NCBI GenBank assembly: GCA_049521795.1
Contig: JBEKOM010000002.1
Span: 192,001-256,000 of the forward strand
Source of the DNA: Candidatus Bathyarchaeia archaeon
GTDB lineage: Archaea; Thermoproteota; Bathyarchaeia; Bathyarchaeales; Bathycorpusculaceae
Length of the DNA: 64,000 nucleotides
Reading direction: 5' to 3'
The notes beneath the pieces are model-generated. The model did not search any database, was not told where the DNA came from, and worked only from the letters and a program-made list of their open reading frames with translations. A program made the position numbers and the translations under genes. Of this stretch, positions 20,164 through 30,746 are shown piece by piece. Numbering within the stretch: position 1 is the first letter of the stretch; each line of letters starts with the position of its first letter.

Positions 20164-20212
20164 CAGTCTTTCCTCATACTCTAGTGTTGCAACCTTGCGA
20201 ATAAATGCGTTA

Positions 20213-20227
20213 TGGAGTCTTATTCTA
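20213..20227 (-). promoter_or_regulatory. TAGAR-N5-YTCCR operator next to TATA
   Basis: TAGAAtaagaCTCCAtaacgcaTTTATT upstream of 20163. Confidence 0.7.
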
Positions 20228-20824
20228 CAAAAGGTGAATTAGGCGAAACAGACTTCTGTTAGTTTCTGTAGCGAAGTTTCAAAGTCGTTTGGGCAACGGC
20301 GTTAGCTGGTAAATTCAATCCCTGCACTTCATGTTGGGAAAGGCAGTCTGCTGTCCAGCCAGAACGTCATTGGGCACTTTTTCCGAAGTTCTTTCGAATC
20401 TTATTGCGTCAGCGGGTTTGTTATTAGTTTCTGTTGTCGCTTGTGAAAGCGTTAGCGCGCGCCTAAAGTCCAAGCAACGCACGACTTGAATAGAATTGAA
20501 AAACAATGCGGAAGAGTCCCCACATCCTCAGGACACACCGCTTTTCACAGCCTAGGGTCCAGTGCTGCATGACTCAAGAGAACCCTCAGCTACTGTCTCT
20601 CATGCATGCGCGTTCCGAAATTGGTTTTCGAAGTGTCTTATGCTTCCAGATTTTGTTAGTTTGCGCATGGTGAGGGCGTCTTGAGCGGTGAGTAGTGCGC
20701 GCAGCAGTCCCTCAATAGCCGATGATCAGCATATTGTTCCTCACGACATATTACACAATTGAAGCACGCCTTTTCTACCAAAATGACTTAGGACACGATG
20801 ACAGCATTGGCAAGCTATGCAAGA

Positions 20825-20839
20825 TAGAGGAATATTCCA
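20825..20839 (+). promoter_or_regulatory. TAGAR-N5-YTCCR operator
   Basis: TAGAGgaataTTCCAtaacgaacTAATA upstream of 20957. Confidence 0.6.
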
Positions 20840-20956
20840 TAACGAACTAATAGGGCGCAGATTGATGTCTTAACATGAGAAGACGAAGTCCATCAATCCA
20901 TGGAAGAGAGCTTGAAACGCTAGGGCTGGCACTTACGCTGCCAAGAAGGAAAAGAC

Positions 20957-22285
20957 ATGCGGGGGAGAATGGAGAAGACGCACACAACGTTTTTCTTAGC
21001 TCTCGCGCTGTCGATTGTTCTGATTTCCTCGCTGTTTCCAAGCCTAGCGCACGGTTCTGCCGATTCAGAGACTGGCGCAGTCATTGATCTCTACACTGAA
21101 AAAACGCCCTTCAACGGCATGGGCGCAAACAAGTTCAGTGACGCTTTTGAGCCTCAAGAACTGGTAGTTCTCCATGCACTTGTAACGTACAACGATTATC
21201 CTGTGCAACAGAAAGACGTAGCGTTCCAAGTCGATGGTCCACCAAATCCTTTCCAAAACATCACATTTATTGGCTCAGGACGAACTGACGGGATAGGCAC
21301 AACAACATTCTCATTCAGAATCCCTTGGCCCTCTGAAAATGCCGAGAGCATAGTCTTTGGCGAGTGGACTGCTATAGCGGTTGTTAGCATCGCAGATCAA
21401 AATGCAGTGGATACTTTGACCTTTCGGGTCGGCTGGATAATCCGAATAACAGAGATTGCAACTCTGAACTCTTTGCTGGAGCCTCAATCAGTGTTCACGC
21501 GAGAGAACCCGATAGTGTTCAACCTTACTGTAGAAAACATCGCGATGACGGCAAAATCTGCGACGATAACGATCGATGTCCAAGACTCGGCGCAAAATCC
21601 AATAATCCACATACAAATGGATGACATGCTTTTTCAGCCTGGACTAAGTAACGTACAAGCACGTTCGCAGGTTCCGATTTCTGCATACGGTGGTCTCGCA
21701 AATGTTTCAGCGGCTCCTTTTACGGCGCCCCCGGAAAGCGGAGGACGACTTTACAGTCCAGCCGTGTACACGACATTTCAGATCACCGTAACAGACATCG
21801 CTATAACAAACATCAAGTTGTCTAACACTACGGTCTTCATCGGCGATACTCTCGGAATAGATGTCACCGTTGTCAACCAGGGCAACGAATCGGCAACATT
21901 CGATCTCAGCACTTATTACAATTCATCCCTGATTGAAACACTACATGGTGTTGAGCTGGCCCCTTTCGCACAAGACACGTTCGCTTTCGTCTGGAACACG
22001 AGCTTCGTAAACCCTGGTTTCTACCAGATAAGTGCCTATGCACCTCTTCCAGGAGACCCCACGCCTCTGGACAATTATTACGTTGATGGAATAGTGGAAG
22101 TCAAGACTGGGGTAACTCCGCCATATTTCCCAGCGCTTGGCTGGCTGGTTTTCTGGATAATAGTTGTGCTAGCAGTTGTTGCAGGCCTGATTATGCTGTT
22201 CCTCATCTTAGGTTTGGACAAGGTTCGCAGAAGAAGAAAACGCCCACGTCCGACCTATGCCGTGATCGTTCACCCTCACATATAG
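20957..22285 (+). CDS. Secreted Ig-like + CARDB protein with C-terminal TM anchor
   Basis: Signal peptide; domain shared with 22997 (SDxFxPQ...VTYNxYPxQQKDVAFQ); DIAITNI...VVNQGNESATF CARDB; TM plus RRRRKR. Confidence 0.82.
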   Translation: MRGRMEKTHTTFFLALALSIVLISSLFPSLAHGSADSETGAVIDLYTEKTPFNGMGANKFSDAFEPQELVVLHALVTYNDYPVQQKDVAFQVDGPPNPFQNITFIGSGRTDGIGTTTFSFRIPWPSENAESIVFGEWTAIAVVSIADQNAVDTLTFRVGWIIRITEIATLNSLLEPQSVFTRENPIVFNLTVENIAMTAKSATITIDVQDSAQNPIIHIQMDDMLFQPGLSNVQARSQVPISAYGGLANVSAAPFTAPPESGGRLYSPAVYTTFQITVTDIAITNIKLSNTTVFIGDTLGIDVTVVNQGNESATFDLSTYYNSSLIETLHGVELAPFAQDTFAFVWNTSFVNPGFYQISAYAPLPGDPTPLDNYYVDGIVEVKTGVTPPYFPALGWLVFWIIVVLAVVAGLIMLFLILGLDKVRRRRKRPRPTYAVIVHPHI

Positions 22286-22996
22286 ATGGTTTACTCGGAA
22301 AGAAACCAAACTGAAAGACACCTATGGTCTCCATAGGCCGCTCTTAACTAGTGGGATGAAATCCCAGAGACTGAAAAGTCAAAAATTTTATGGCGGACCC
22401 TCTTCGAATATGCTTTGGAATGTGAAGAAGTTTCTCCGTGGACGATTGGACTAGACCACGCGAGCGCACTCGGAATCGTTATGGTTTGAGGCGACTCAGC
22501 CGAAAAAGAACTGGCCTCCGGATTGCTGCGGGGGATACTAGCCGCCAACGGGCACAGAGTTTGTGCGCGCGCTGATTTATCCTGTGTTGAAGCTTTCTTT
22601 TGGGACTTCGTTCGAACGCAGGGATGGAACTGAGTAAGGCTGACGGGCTGATCTCTGGGTCGTAAACAGGTCTGTTGCACTGGGCCTGACAACAAACGGT
22701 AAGCCATTCGGTTTCTTTTTAGGCTCCGCTCAGTCCTTCAGCCATCGGAATTATGTTTCGAATCAAAATTAGTCTTCCACTAATGTCCGCAACGTGATTA
22801 AGCGAGACCTGCTTGTGTTGGGCTTGAACAACTGCGTTAAGGGTTGTTGCAGATTTACGTCTAGTTGGTTTTGAAAGAGTTGCGGAATACGCTTGCACCG
22901 CCATAATCTTAAGGTTTATGCTTCGTGCCGTTGGTTCATTGAAACAAAGAAAAAGTGGGGGGGAGCGCGCGCGTTCGTCCACTTGGAAATCTGTTC

Positions 22997-24997
22997 TTAC
23001 GCTGGGTTTATGTAGATGGGCGTGGGGTCGTATGGCAACCAGCCCAATTGGTATGTCGGGTTTGTATTGAAGTATCCGCTTATCACTTCTCCGCCAAAGT
23101 ATGGATAGTTGCTTAGCACTGCGCAGTCTATTTCGCTGTTTCCTGCGACTGCAAATTTGGGTATCTGGAAGGTTAGTGATACGGTGAAGTTCTTGTACTG
23201 GCACCAGACGGTTCCACCGAACGGTTCCATCGTAGAGTTTGCGCTGATCGGGGTTGTGAACTGTAACTGCGCGTCGACCGTGCCGTATGGGACGCGAACT
23301 TCGTCGAAGGCGGTGATTACTACTGTTACGTTGCTCAAGTCCATTGTTTTGCCCGTGAGCTCGTCCAAGTACACCGCGTCGGTTTGCTGTAGGTGTGTGC
23401 CGTACGTGACGTTGACGGTTACGTATCCGGCGTGATTGTAGTTCGTGAAGTCTGTTGTCTGTTTGAATATGCGAGCTAGGTAGTCGTAGTGGAACTGCAG
23501 GGTGTCGTTCACGACGACGCAGGCGATGTCGACTGTGCCTATGATGGTCCACACTCCGAACCACTGTTGTGGGTCGTCGCATGGCCATGGCAGTGTGAAG
23601 ACTGTGTATGCTGTCCCATTTACGTTTGACGTGGCGTAGATTATTGCCCATGTCTGGTTGTTCGGTGCTATTATCTGGAAGGCTACGTCTTTCTGTTGTT
23701 CAGGGTAGCCGTTGTACGTTACGTTTGCGTAGAGGCTAACAGGCTTCTGCGGCCAGAACATGTCGCTCGGCTGGTATAGTCCCTGTCCACCGTATGGTGC
23801 GGGCCAGCCTGTGAAGATGTCGATGACGCGGCCATTGGTGATCGCTAAACTACTTTTCATGATGTACGTGCCTGAAACTGGAGGCAGAATCTGTGGCATG
23901 ACGGCTGCGGTGGTGTTGGCTACGATCGTGTCAAAAAGTGTGAGAGGACATGTTAAGTCGGGCGCTGGGACTGTGTTTGGGGGCAGGGTCGCGTTGAACT
24001 CGATTATCGCTAGTACTCCTGTGCCGCTTGGGAACGGCTCGTGCCACGTGCCGTTGGCGTCTGGCTCAACAACGTCTCCAATTGTTACGTAGTCTTGGTT
24101 GATTGTGGTGTTGAAGCCGAAGACGTGGTTGAGGAACGTTGTGCCCTGGTTTGGCGCGGCTCCGAATGGTGGCAACCATGGTCCTTCAAAAGTGTTCAAC
24201 ACTTGTAGCAGCGTGCTGTTGTAGCCCAGGCTGAACTGGAACCCGACTGCTTTGAAGGAAGCGTCTAGGTTGTTCACGCTCACGCTTACGTTGAAGATTT
24301 CACCTACGCTGTGTGCAGTGTAACTGCTCGCTGAGAAGTAGGGTGGTGTTATGGCGAAGGTGTTCTCGTACTTCCCGTCCACGTTCGTGTGTGCGATCGG
24401 GAGGCCGTTGAGGTCACCTAGTATGTCGTTGCTTATGTGAAGGTTGCTGCTGAGGCTGGGCACCGTGGAGTTTGGTGCCTGAAGCACGATGAAGGTGAAT
24501 GCGGCAACTCCGTGCTTTCCTTCTGGCCATGAGTAGCTGGGTATGCCGACTGCGCTGCCGGTGGTCGTTATGTTTGCTGGGTCGTATCCATCTGCTTGTG
24601 CTAGGCCGCCGTCTACCCACGTGACGCCGTAGGTTGCGGTTCCTGCAGTGTTGCTGAAGGTTTTCTTGATGACGTTAATGTTGCTCGGATTGTCATCGGG
24701 CGCCGTTATGAGCGTGTCGTGGAAGAAGACCTCGGTCATGCTGGTGCAATTCAAAAGGTTGTGGTCCCAAGTAAGCGTGAACTGTATGCCTGCGAGCATC
24801 GTTATGTTTGCAACTGAAACGTTTAATTGGAACGATGTACCAACCGGCGCGGTAGGAAGGTTGGTGTTTTGAGGGTCAACGAACAGGAGTGCTGGTGGCT
24901 GTGCTTTTGCTACGTTTACCGTGAAGACTGCTGCGAAGCCGAGAAGTGTTGTTACAATCATCAGTGTGGAGATAACTTTCGCTAAAGTATTCTTCAT
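22997..24997 (-). CDS. Secreted scaffoldin-like protein: two cohesin-like domains plus Ig-like domains, no TM anchor
   Basis: LFVDP...FQLNVSVANI...QFTLTWD and IFNVSVSVNN...QFSLGYN...EGPWL...SGTGVLAIIEF; tandem GGAG leader. Confidence 0.82.
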   Translation of the reverse strand: MKNTLAKVISTLMIVTTLLGFAAVFTVNVAKAQPPALLFVDPQNTNLPTAPVGTSFQLNVSVANITMLAGIQFTLTWDHNLLNCTSMTEVFFHDTLITAPDDNPSNINVIKKTFSNTAGTATYGVTWVDGGLAQADGYDPANITTTGSAVGIPSYSWPEGKHGVAAFTFIVLQAPNSTVPSLSSNLHISNDILGDLNGLPIAHTNVDGKYENTFAITPPYFSASSYTAHSVGEIFNVSVSVNNLDASFKAVGFQFSLGYNSTLLQVLNTFEGPWLPPFGAAPNQGTTFLNHVFGFNTTINQDYVTIGDVVEPDANGTWHEPFPSGTGVLAIIEFNATLPPNTVPAPDLTCPLTLFDTIVANTTAAVMPQILPPVSGTYIMKSSLAITNGRVIDIFTGWPAPYGGQGLYQPSDMFWPQKPVSLYANVTYNGYPEQQKDVAFQIIAPNNQTWAIIYATSNVNGTAYTVFTLPWPCDDPQQWFGVWTIIGTVDIACVVVNDTLQFHYDYLARIFKQTTDFTNYNHAGYVTVNVTYGTHLQQTDAVYLDELTGKTMDLSNVTVVITAFDEVRVPYGTVDAQLQFTTPISANSTMEPFGGTVWCQYKNFTVSLTFQIPKFAVAGNSEIDCAVLSNYPYFGGEVISGYFNTNPTYQLGWLPYDPTPIYINPA

Positions 24998-25059
24998 TCT
25001 TTTCTCCCTTCTCCTTTTGTTCTACGTATAGTGTCTCTGCTCTGCCCATTTAAAGATTC

Positions 25060-25074
25060 TGGAATTATCTTCTA
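25060..25074 (-). promoter_or_regulatory. TAGAR-N5-YTCCR operator next to TATA
   Basis: TAGAAgataaTTCCAgaatcTTTAAAT upstream of 24997. Confidence 0.75.
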
Positions 25075-25300
25075 GCACGCAAGAAAAACCGACTGGTAAA
25101 GAATTGACGGGTTGGGAAAACGTTCTGCAGAGTTACATCTGTTTCATTTGAAAAGTTCGAGATTCTCCGTTCGGAAAGTTCAAAAATAAAAGGAGGATTT
25201 TCGAGTGTATTCTGCTTTTTACGGTTTACATGCTTGCTGAACTTGTTCGTAGGCGCGAGCGGTCTCAGCGTAGGGTTTCCTCAAGTCTTAAAACAAGTTT

Positions 25301-25320
25301 TGAAACAAAAAAGGGGGGAA
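25301..25320 (-). terminator. C-run/T-run terminator after oppA (same type at about 15012, 16580, 22941, 43099, 45600, 46500, 46578)
   Basis: TTCCCCCCTTTTTTGTTTCA on the coding strand just past the stop, typical of archaeal oligo-U termination. Confidence 0.6.
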
Positions 25321-25352
25321 TGAGATTTTTTCAGTTCTTTTGAGTCTTTTTG

Positions 25353-28100
25353 CTATGGGCCGAGAGTTGTGTAAACCAGCTTCGCATTGAAGTGGTTTCC
25401 CAGTAGGATGGCGTCCAGGATGTTTACTGTGTTGTCGCCGTTGAGGTCCGCGTCGGGGTTGAAGCTGGGTTGTCCTTTGCTTAGACCGAAGCTGTTTCCT
25501 AGCTTTATGGCGTCCAAGATGTCAACTGTCGCGTCACCGTTGATGTCGCCGACCAGTACGAAGTACTTGCCGCTCGACGTTGTCGTGTATGCAGTTGTGG
25601 TGCCACCATAGTTGACTGTGTCGTTGACTCCAGCGCCTTGGTTCTGTGCCGTAGCTCCTGGCCCAACTGCTGCGTAGCCGCCTGGTTGCCACGTCACGTT
25701 GGCTGGCAACGTGATTAGGACTCCATCCTCGTACCAACCCACCGGCACGTCGTACGCTGAATTCGGACCAGTTAGAACGAAGTTGTTGGTTGGGTACTCA
25801 AGGCTTAGAGAGTTGACTGGAATCGCCGATCCGAGGGTGTTGCTCGTGTTGTATCTTTGCAGCGCGATTTCTATGAGTACGCCTGCGGGGCCTGCAATGT
25901 CGTTCCTTGTGAAGTGAACGGTGAAGTTCATTACTGCGGGCAGACCGCCTCCGTACATTTGGTTCATTTTGCCTCTATAGATGTAGACCTGCGAGTAGAA
26001 GGTGCCAGTTGATATGATGCTGTCCTGTACGTCGAGGCTGATTGATGTGTAGGTTGTTGGCGCTTTCTTGTATAAGTCTTGGTAGTAGAAGCCTGGGTAC
26101 AGCTCGTTCACGTAGTAGCCATTAACCCAGTCTCGTTCCCAGTGGCGGCCTGTCGGCTGTACGGTCGGCAGACTTATCGCCTGTTGCATGTATTCGTACT
26201 GCAGCTCGTAGAGCAGAGAGATTCTTGCCGGTGATGCCGGCGTGTTGCCCAAATTCTCTTCAGCGAGTATGTTGTCGTCGACGGTCGTGTTCAGGTATGC
26301 CTGCCATGCGGTGAAGGCTCCCCACGAAGCCATGAACGGGTTCGCGAAGTCGTCGGCGTCTGAGAAGTCTGCGAGCCATCCTATGTTGAAGAACGGCAGG
26401 TTTGACCCTTCAGCGTCGGCGAGGTAGATCGGCCAGTCTTCACTTGCGACGGTGCACACGTAGTGCGTGTTGTGCTTGGCGTTTATGTCGTTGAAGGTGT
26501 TAGCGATCGCCTGAACCGCGATCCTTCTCTGGTCGTTTCCAGTGTTGTAAAGAATGGACATCTGGAAGCCGGTTATGCCTGCGGCCGTCAGGTTTCCGTA
26601 GACGTAGTCTTCGTTTATGTCCCACGCTGTCTGGTTTGAAGCGTAGGCGCTTGTCGGTGTTAACCCTATGGCCCACCAAGAGGTCGGGTGGATCGCTTCG
26701 CCGTACCATGCTCCGCTTATGTAGGCTGATATGTTCAACGCTTGACAGAACGCCCATCTCACGTTAAGGTCGCTGAACAGCGCTGGGTCAGGAAGGTTGG
26801 AGCTTCCGTTGCTGAAGCTGACCAACGGTATCCACTTAGACGAAGCCGCTATGTTGAAGGTGAAGAATATGGCGTCCGTCTCGAGCGTTGGAATGTTGTA
26901 GTACAGGTGTAGACCAGCGATTGGCAGGTAAGCGTTGCTGCCTTGCAAGAGGTCGTACATGTTTGCCCTGTTGACCACCGCCATGTCGAAGTCTCCAGCG
27001 AGGAACTCCATCTTCCTCGTTGGCCAAGTGTTCACGCCTGTCTCGATCACTGTTGTCGGAGCGCTGGCACTTGATCCCAACGAAGCCACGTAGGGTCCTG
27101 GCCACGGGTGAGATACGCAGTCAGCGAACGCGTCGATCCTCCATTCGTTGGTCGATTGTGTCCAGTACGTGAACTTGTACGGGCCGGTTCCGCACATCGC
27201 GGGTTCGGCGTTCGAGTTCGCGTACTGCGACGCTGCGGTGTGTTCGTCGAGTGGTGTGAAAACGTTGTCTGGTCTTCTCCGGAAGTTTTCACTCCAGCCT
27301 GCGGTGAACGTGCCGTCCCAGCATCCGTGGAAGATGCTCCACTGCTTTGGAGGCACGGCCGACCAGGTCTGAGCGAAGATGTCGTACATTCCGATGGCTG
27401 CGTACTGGAAGAAGAATTGCACGTACGCTCCGCTTGCGTTGCTAACATCTTTCACATAGTTCTGTATGAGTCCAGCGACTAGTGTTTCGTTTGTTCCCAA
27501 CGTGTGGCCGTCTCCACCCTTGGCGTATTTGGACCAGCTGCCGAGGCCGAAGGCTGGACCGAAGAACATCCACTCTGGGCTGTTGCTCGAGTCCTGCACG
27601 ACCATTCTCTGGAAGAGGTAGACAACGTCTGCAGCCGTTATGTGCTCCCCGGTGATCAAGGTGCCGTTGGGCGCCAGCCAGGGCTGGAACACGAGGTTCG
27701 TGTTTATTTTGAAAACCCAATTGCTGCTGCCGTCCGGGAAGTTCGTGACTTCTGGCATAGAGCCTATGCCGGGTACGTCGGTTGTTGCGCCTAGCGAGGC
27801 AACGTAGGTGCTGACGTTCACGGAGTTACCCGTGAGCAGTGGTTTGTGTGCGGTGTCGTTTGCGACATTGCTGCCTTCGCTGCCGAACTCTAGCAGTGTG
27901 TCGTAGACGTTCATTATCAGTTCGCCGCTCGCGGTGTCGTACGCCTGCGTTGGGTCGACGTTTTTAGGTTGACCTATCGTTCCAAAGTACATTGTGTCAG
28001 TTTTCAACGGTGGTTGAGATGAGAAAGCCGGAAGAACTGCAAAGATGCTCGTTACCATCAAACAAGTTATGATGCATGCTAATAGTTTCATGTTTTTCAT
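25353..28100 (-). CDS. oppA: Oligopeptide ABC transporter substrate-binding protein (family 5) with C-terminal dockerin
   Basis: PKNVDPTQAYDTASGELIMNVYDTL, GTGPYKF, FSDLNVRWAF, IGWLADFSDADDF; ends GDINGDATVDILDAI...ADLNGDNTVNILDAI. Confidence 0.9.
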   Translation of the reverse strand: MKNMKLLACIITCLMVTSIFAVLPAFSSQPPLKTDTMYFGTIGQPKNVDPTQAYDTASGELIMNVYDTLLEFGSEGSNVANDTAHKPLLTGNSVNVSTYVASLGATTDVPGIGSMPEVTNFPDGSSNWVFKINTNLVFQPWLAPNGTLITGEHITAADVVYLFQRMVVQDSSNSPEWMFFGPAFGLGSWSKYAKGGDGHTLGTNETLVAGLIQNYVKDVSNASGAYVQFFFQYAAIGMYDIFAQTWSAVPPKQWSIFHGCWDGTFTAGWSENFRRRPDNVFTPLDEHTAASQYANSNAEPAMCGTGPYKFTYWTQSTNEWRIDAFADCVSHPWPGPYVASLGSSASAPTTVIETGVNTWPTRKMEFLAGDFDMAVVNRANMYDLLQGSNAYLPIAGLHLYYNIPTLETDAIFFTFNIAASSKWIPLVSFSNGSSNLPDPALFSDLNVRWAFCQALNISAYISGAWYGEAIHPTSWWAIGLTPTSAYASNQTAWDINEDYVYGNLTAAGITGFQMSILYNTGNDQRRIAVQAIANTFNDINAKHNTHYVCTVASEDWPIYLADAEGSNLPFFNIGWLADFSDADDFANPFMASWGAFTAWQAYLNTTVDDNILAEENLGNTPASPARISLLYELQYEYMQQAISLPTVQPTGRHWERDWVNGYYVNELYPGFYYQDLYKKAPTTYTSISLDVQDSIISTGTFYSQVYIYRGKMNQMYGGGLPAVMNFTVHFTRNDIAGPAGVLIEIALQRYNTSNTLGSAIPVNSLSLEYPTNNFVLTGPNSAYDVPVGWYEDGVLITLPANVTWQPGGYAAVGPGATAQNQGAGVNDTVNYGGTTTAYTTTSSGKYFVLVGDINGDATVDILDAIKLGNSFGLSKGQPSFNPDADLNGDNTVNILDAILLGNHFNAKLVYTTLGP

Positions 28101-28175
28101 TTGTATCCCTTCTTATCTCCTATTCTCCTTTATTTCAGCGAACATAGATAAGCCAAGCCTCGTATTTAGGATTTA

Positions 28176-28190
28176 CGGAAAAATGTTCTA
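28176..28190 (-). promoter_or_regulatory. TAGAR-N5-YTCCR operator next to TATA
   Basis: TAGAAcatttTTCCGtaaatccTAAATA upstream of oppA. Confidence 0.72.
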
Positions 28191-28522
28191 TAGGCTCACT
28201 CATGAATGAGAACGCCTTTAGCGCGTCGGTGGGTTCGAGCCGGCGTTTAGAAAGCCCAAGTCCCCAAGTCTAGATCAAGCTAGCCGACAGTCCCTTTCTG
28301 TTAGCGTTGGAGCAATTGTTGATGGTGCAGTTTGGGGCTTTAGCTCAGCTGCGTTTGACGGCGAAAGATGGTGGCAAGATGGGTTTTTGGAGAATCTCGA
28401 CATTTTCCTCATTGGTGGATGCTCAAGCTTGAGCCTAGATAATGGACTGCTATTGCTTCCTCGCGTTGTGTCGGGCATTTTCGGGCGGGCCGAGCAGTCG
28501 TCATCGGTGCGTGTGGTCCGCT

Positions 28523-30619
28523 CTAATAGACGTGTCTCCTTCTTGTTTGGTACGCATATCTTAATGTCGATGCCGCGTAGACAACACCGAAGGACAATAA
28601 GAAGAACAGGGCGACGTTCGAGAGGAGCCCAGTCCACAGTATCGTCGGTGTGCTCGTCTCAGGGACAGACAGTACTGAGACGGTTAGTTCAAAGTTCTGC
28701 ATTGTCACTGTATTCGGAATCGGAAGTGCTATCATTTCAAACGGATAGCCGATGTTTCTCATAGTTACGATCGTCGGTACTCCATGCTGGATCACTTCCG
28801 TGTTTGCAATCTGCACGTACGATGCGTAAGATGAGAAGAGTAGAAATGCCGTCAAAAGAACAACCCAGACCCATTCTGCCGACCTCATGCCGTAGACAAT
28901 CTCATAGTACAACTTCAACAAGGCCGCTCTAGCCTTTGAGCGTTTAAGAGCAACTACGACAGCCAATATGACGATGACCGTTGTGGTTCCTATCAAAACC
29001 AGCGACATGGTGAGCGCGCGACTTTGGATCGCGGCTAGAAATCGCATAACTGATAGTGCCCCAACCTTGATGTGCGCTTCAAGGTCATCAGTCTTGATCC
29101 AATGGAGCGTGGCAGTCGATGTCGAGTTATCGTATTCTGTGTAAATCCAACCGCCTTCGAAGAACGTAAGCGGGTACGAGGACAGCATGGTGCTGGATTC
29201 TACCCTGGCAGCATCGCTTATGTTGGGGTCCGTTCCCCAGCGTTGTGCGTAGGTCATGCTGGACTGCGCAGGATTCCTGAAGGCTTCCTGGTCTGAGTCT
29301 CCGGGAGCAGTTAAATTTGCCCTTACACCCAAATCTGCTGCCGCATTCAGCACAATCTGATCGAGTTCTAACCCGTTACCATCTGGAAAAGTCTCTGAAA
29401 CCTGCAGGTCGCCCGTGCCGATGCTGTCCAGATTGATTACTGCGCTGATGCTTTGCATCTCAGGCTTGTGTTGCTTGATGTAGTTTATCGAGCCGACATA
29501 GCCAAGTTCCTCGCCTGTAAACGCTATAAAAATCAATGACTGTTGAGGAGTGTACGCGCCGTTCTTTGCAGCGTCTGTGAAGACCCGAGCCAACTCGATC
29601 ACGCCTGCTGTACCAGCGCCGTTGTCGCAGAAGCCTGGACTCATGACAGTGTCGTAGTGTCCCGAGACGATGATGGCTCTTTCCGGATTAACCGTGCCTT
29701 TTAACTCTCCTATAACGTTGTAGTTTGTTCCATTGTCGATAATCGCTGGGATGTTGACGGTTGCAGACAGGTTCCCGGTGGCTGCCATTGCTTGAATCAT
29801 CAGCCCGTCTTGATAGCTGACCCACGCTGTTGGGGTGTTTGCACCAACACCGATATCCGCCCTGGCCCCTTCCATCGGTTCAAGAATCGGCGGTGCCGAA
29901 CTCATCCAACTGTACCAGTATGTGTATATGACCGCAAGTGGCGGTTGCGAACTCAATTTCGCGAGAAACGTTCTGCGATACGCGTCATACCAGTTGACCT
30001 CTCTGCCGACCAACACGATTTTGCCAGTCGTGTCAATTCCATTCCATTGGAGGCGGAATATTGAGGTCGAGATGTCGCCGCCTTCAAAATCCCCAAATCC
30101 CAAGCCAGAAGGCAAGGGTAAGACAACGAGGTTACCAGATACTCCACCTTCAGGGGTTGGACAGCTGTATTGCACAGGTTCGAATGATCTGATTGCTATT
30201 TGACTCTCCGTATCGTTCGGGCTGCCCTGTTGGTCGACAACAAGAGTTGGGCTACTCGGCAGATACCAATTTGTAAATTGGAACGATTCTAGCTGTGTTT
30301 CAAGGCCGAGACTTTGAAACTGGTCCTTTATCCAGTTCGCCGTTGCATTGGCCCCTGGAGAGCCTGCAGAACGAAACGAGTAGCCAGAAACGTTGTGGTC
30401 TAGCGCAATTCTTTCAAGTTCTAGGTCATAATTGTAGGCGTTTGTTCCGTTCACCTCCGACACAACGCTTGACTCCTGCGCGGTCAAATCTGAAGACTGG
30501 ATGTTCGAGGAGACTGCACGCTCACCTAGACACATCGCCAACAACGCGATTAGTAAAAGAATTGTAGCGAGCTCAGCCTTCCTTGACATTGCTTCAAAGT
30601 ACTGATTTGACTCCAACAT
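28523..30619 (-). CDS. M28 family metallopeptidase with PA-like insert and C-terminal membrane domain
   Basis: IVSGHYDT, GFCDNGAGTAG, FTGEELG, INLDSIG; three C-terminal TM segments; last Zn-ligand His appears as Tyr. Confidence 0.88.
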   Translation of the reverse strand: MLESNQYFEAMSRKAELATILLLIALLAMCLGERAVSSNIQSSDLTAQESSVVSEVNGTNAYNYDLELERIALDHNVSGYSFRSAGSPGANATANWIKDQFQSLGLETQLESFQFTNWYLPSSPTLVVDQQGSPNDTESQIAIRSFEPVQYSCPTPEGGVSGNLVVLPLPSGLGFGDFEGGDISTSIFRLQWNGIDTTGKIVLVGREVNWYDAYRRTFLAKLSSQPPLAVIYTYWYSWMSSAPPILEPMEGARADIGVGANTPTAWVSYQDGLMIQAMAATGNLSATVNIPAIIDNGTNYNVIGELKGTVNPERAIIVSGHYDTVMSPGFCDNGAGTAGVIELARVFTDAAKNGAYTPQQSLIFIAFTGEELGYVGSINYIKQHKPEMQSISAVINLDSIGTGDLQVSETFPDGNGLELDQIVLNAAADLGVRANLTAPGDSDQEAFRNPAQSSMTYAQRWGTDPNISDAARVESSTMLSSYPLTFFEGGWIYTEYDNSTSTATLHWIKTDDLEAHIKVGALSVMRFLAAIQSRALTMSLVLIGTTTVIVILAVVVALKRSKARAALLKLYYEIVYGMRSAEWVWVVLLTAFLLFSSYASYVQIANTEVIQHGVPTIVTMRNIGYPFEMIALPIPNTVTMQNFELTVSVLSVPETSTPTILWTGLLSNVALFFLLSFGVVYAASTLRYAYQTRRRHVY

Positions 30620-30746
30620 TTATGTTTAACGATAGAACCTGTTGAATATGCAGTTTAAGCCTAAGAGCCTAGAAAATAGACTGCTACTGCTCTTTATGCC
30701 CTCATTATAGCATTCTAGGGCAGACAAGCCGCGCTGGTCAGAAGCG

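Noticed and set aside
22719-23651. 310-aa alternative-frame ORF and the many antisense ORFs in the track
   Set aside because: Arg/His-rich shadows of real genes caused by third-position codon bias
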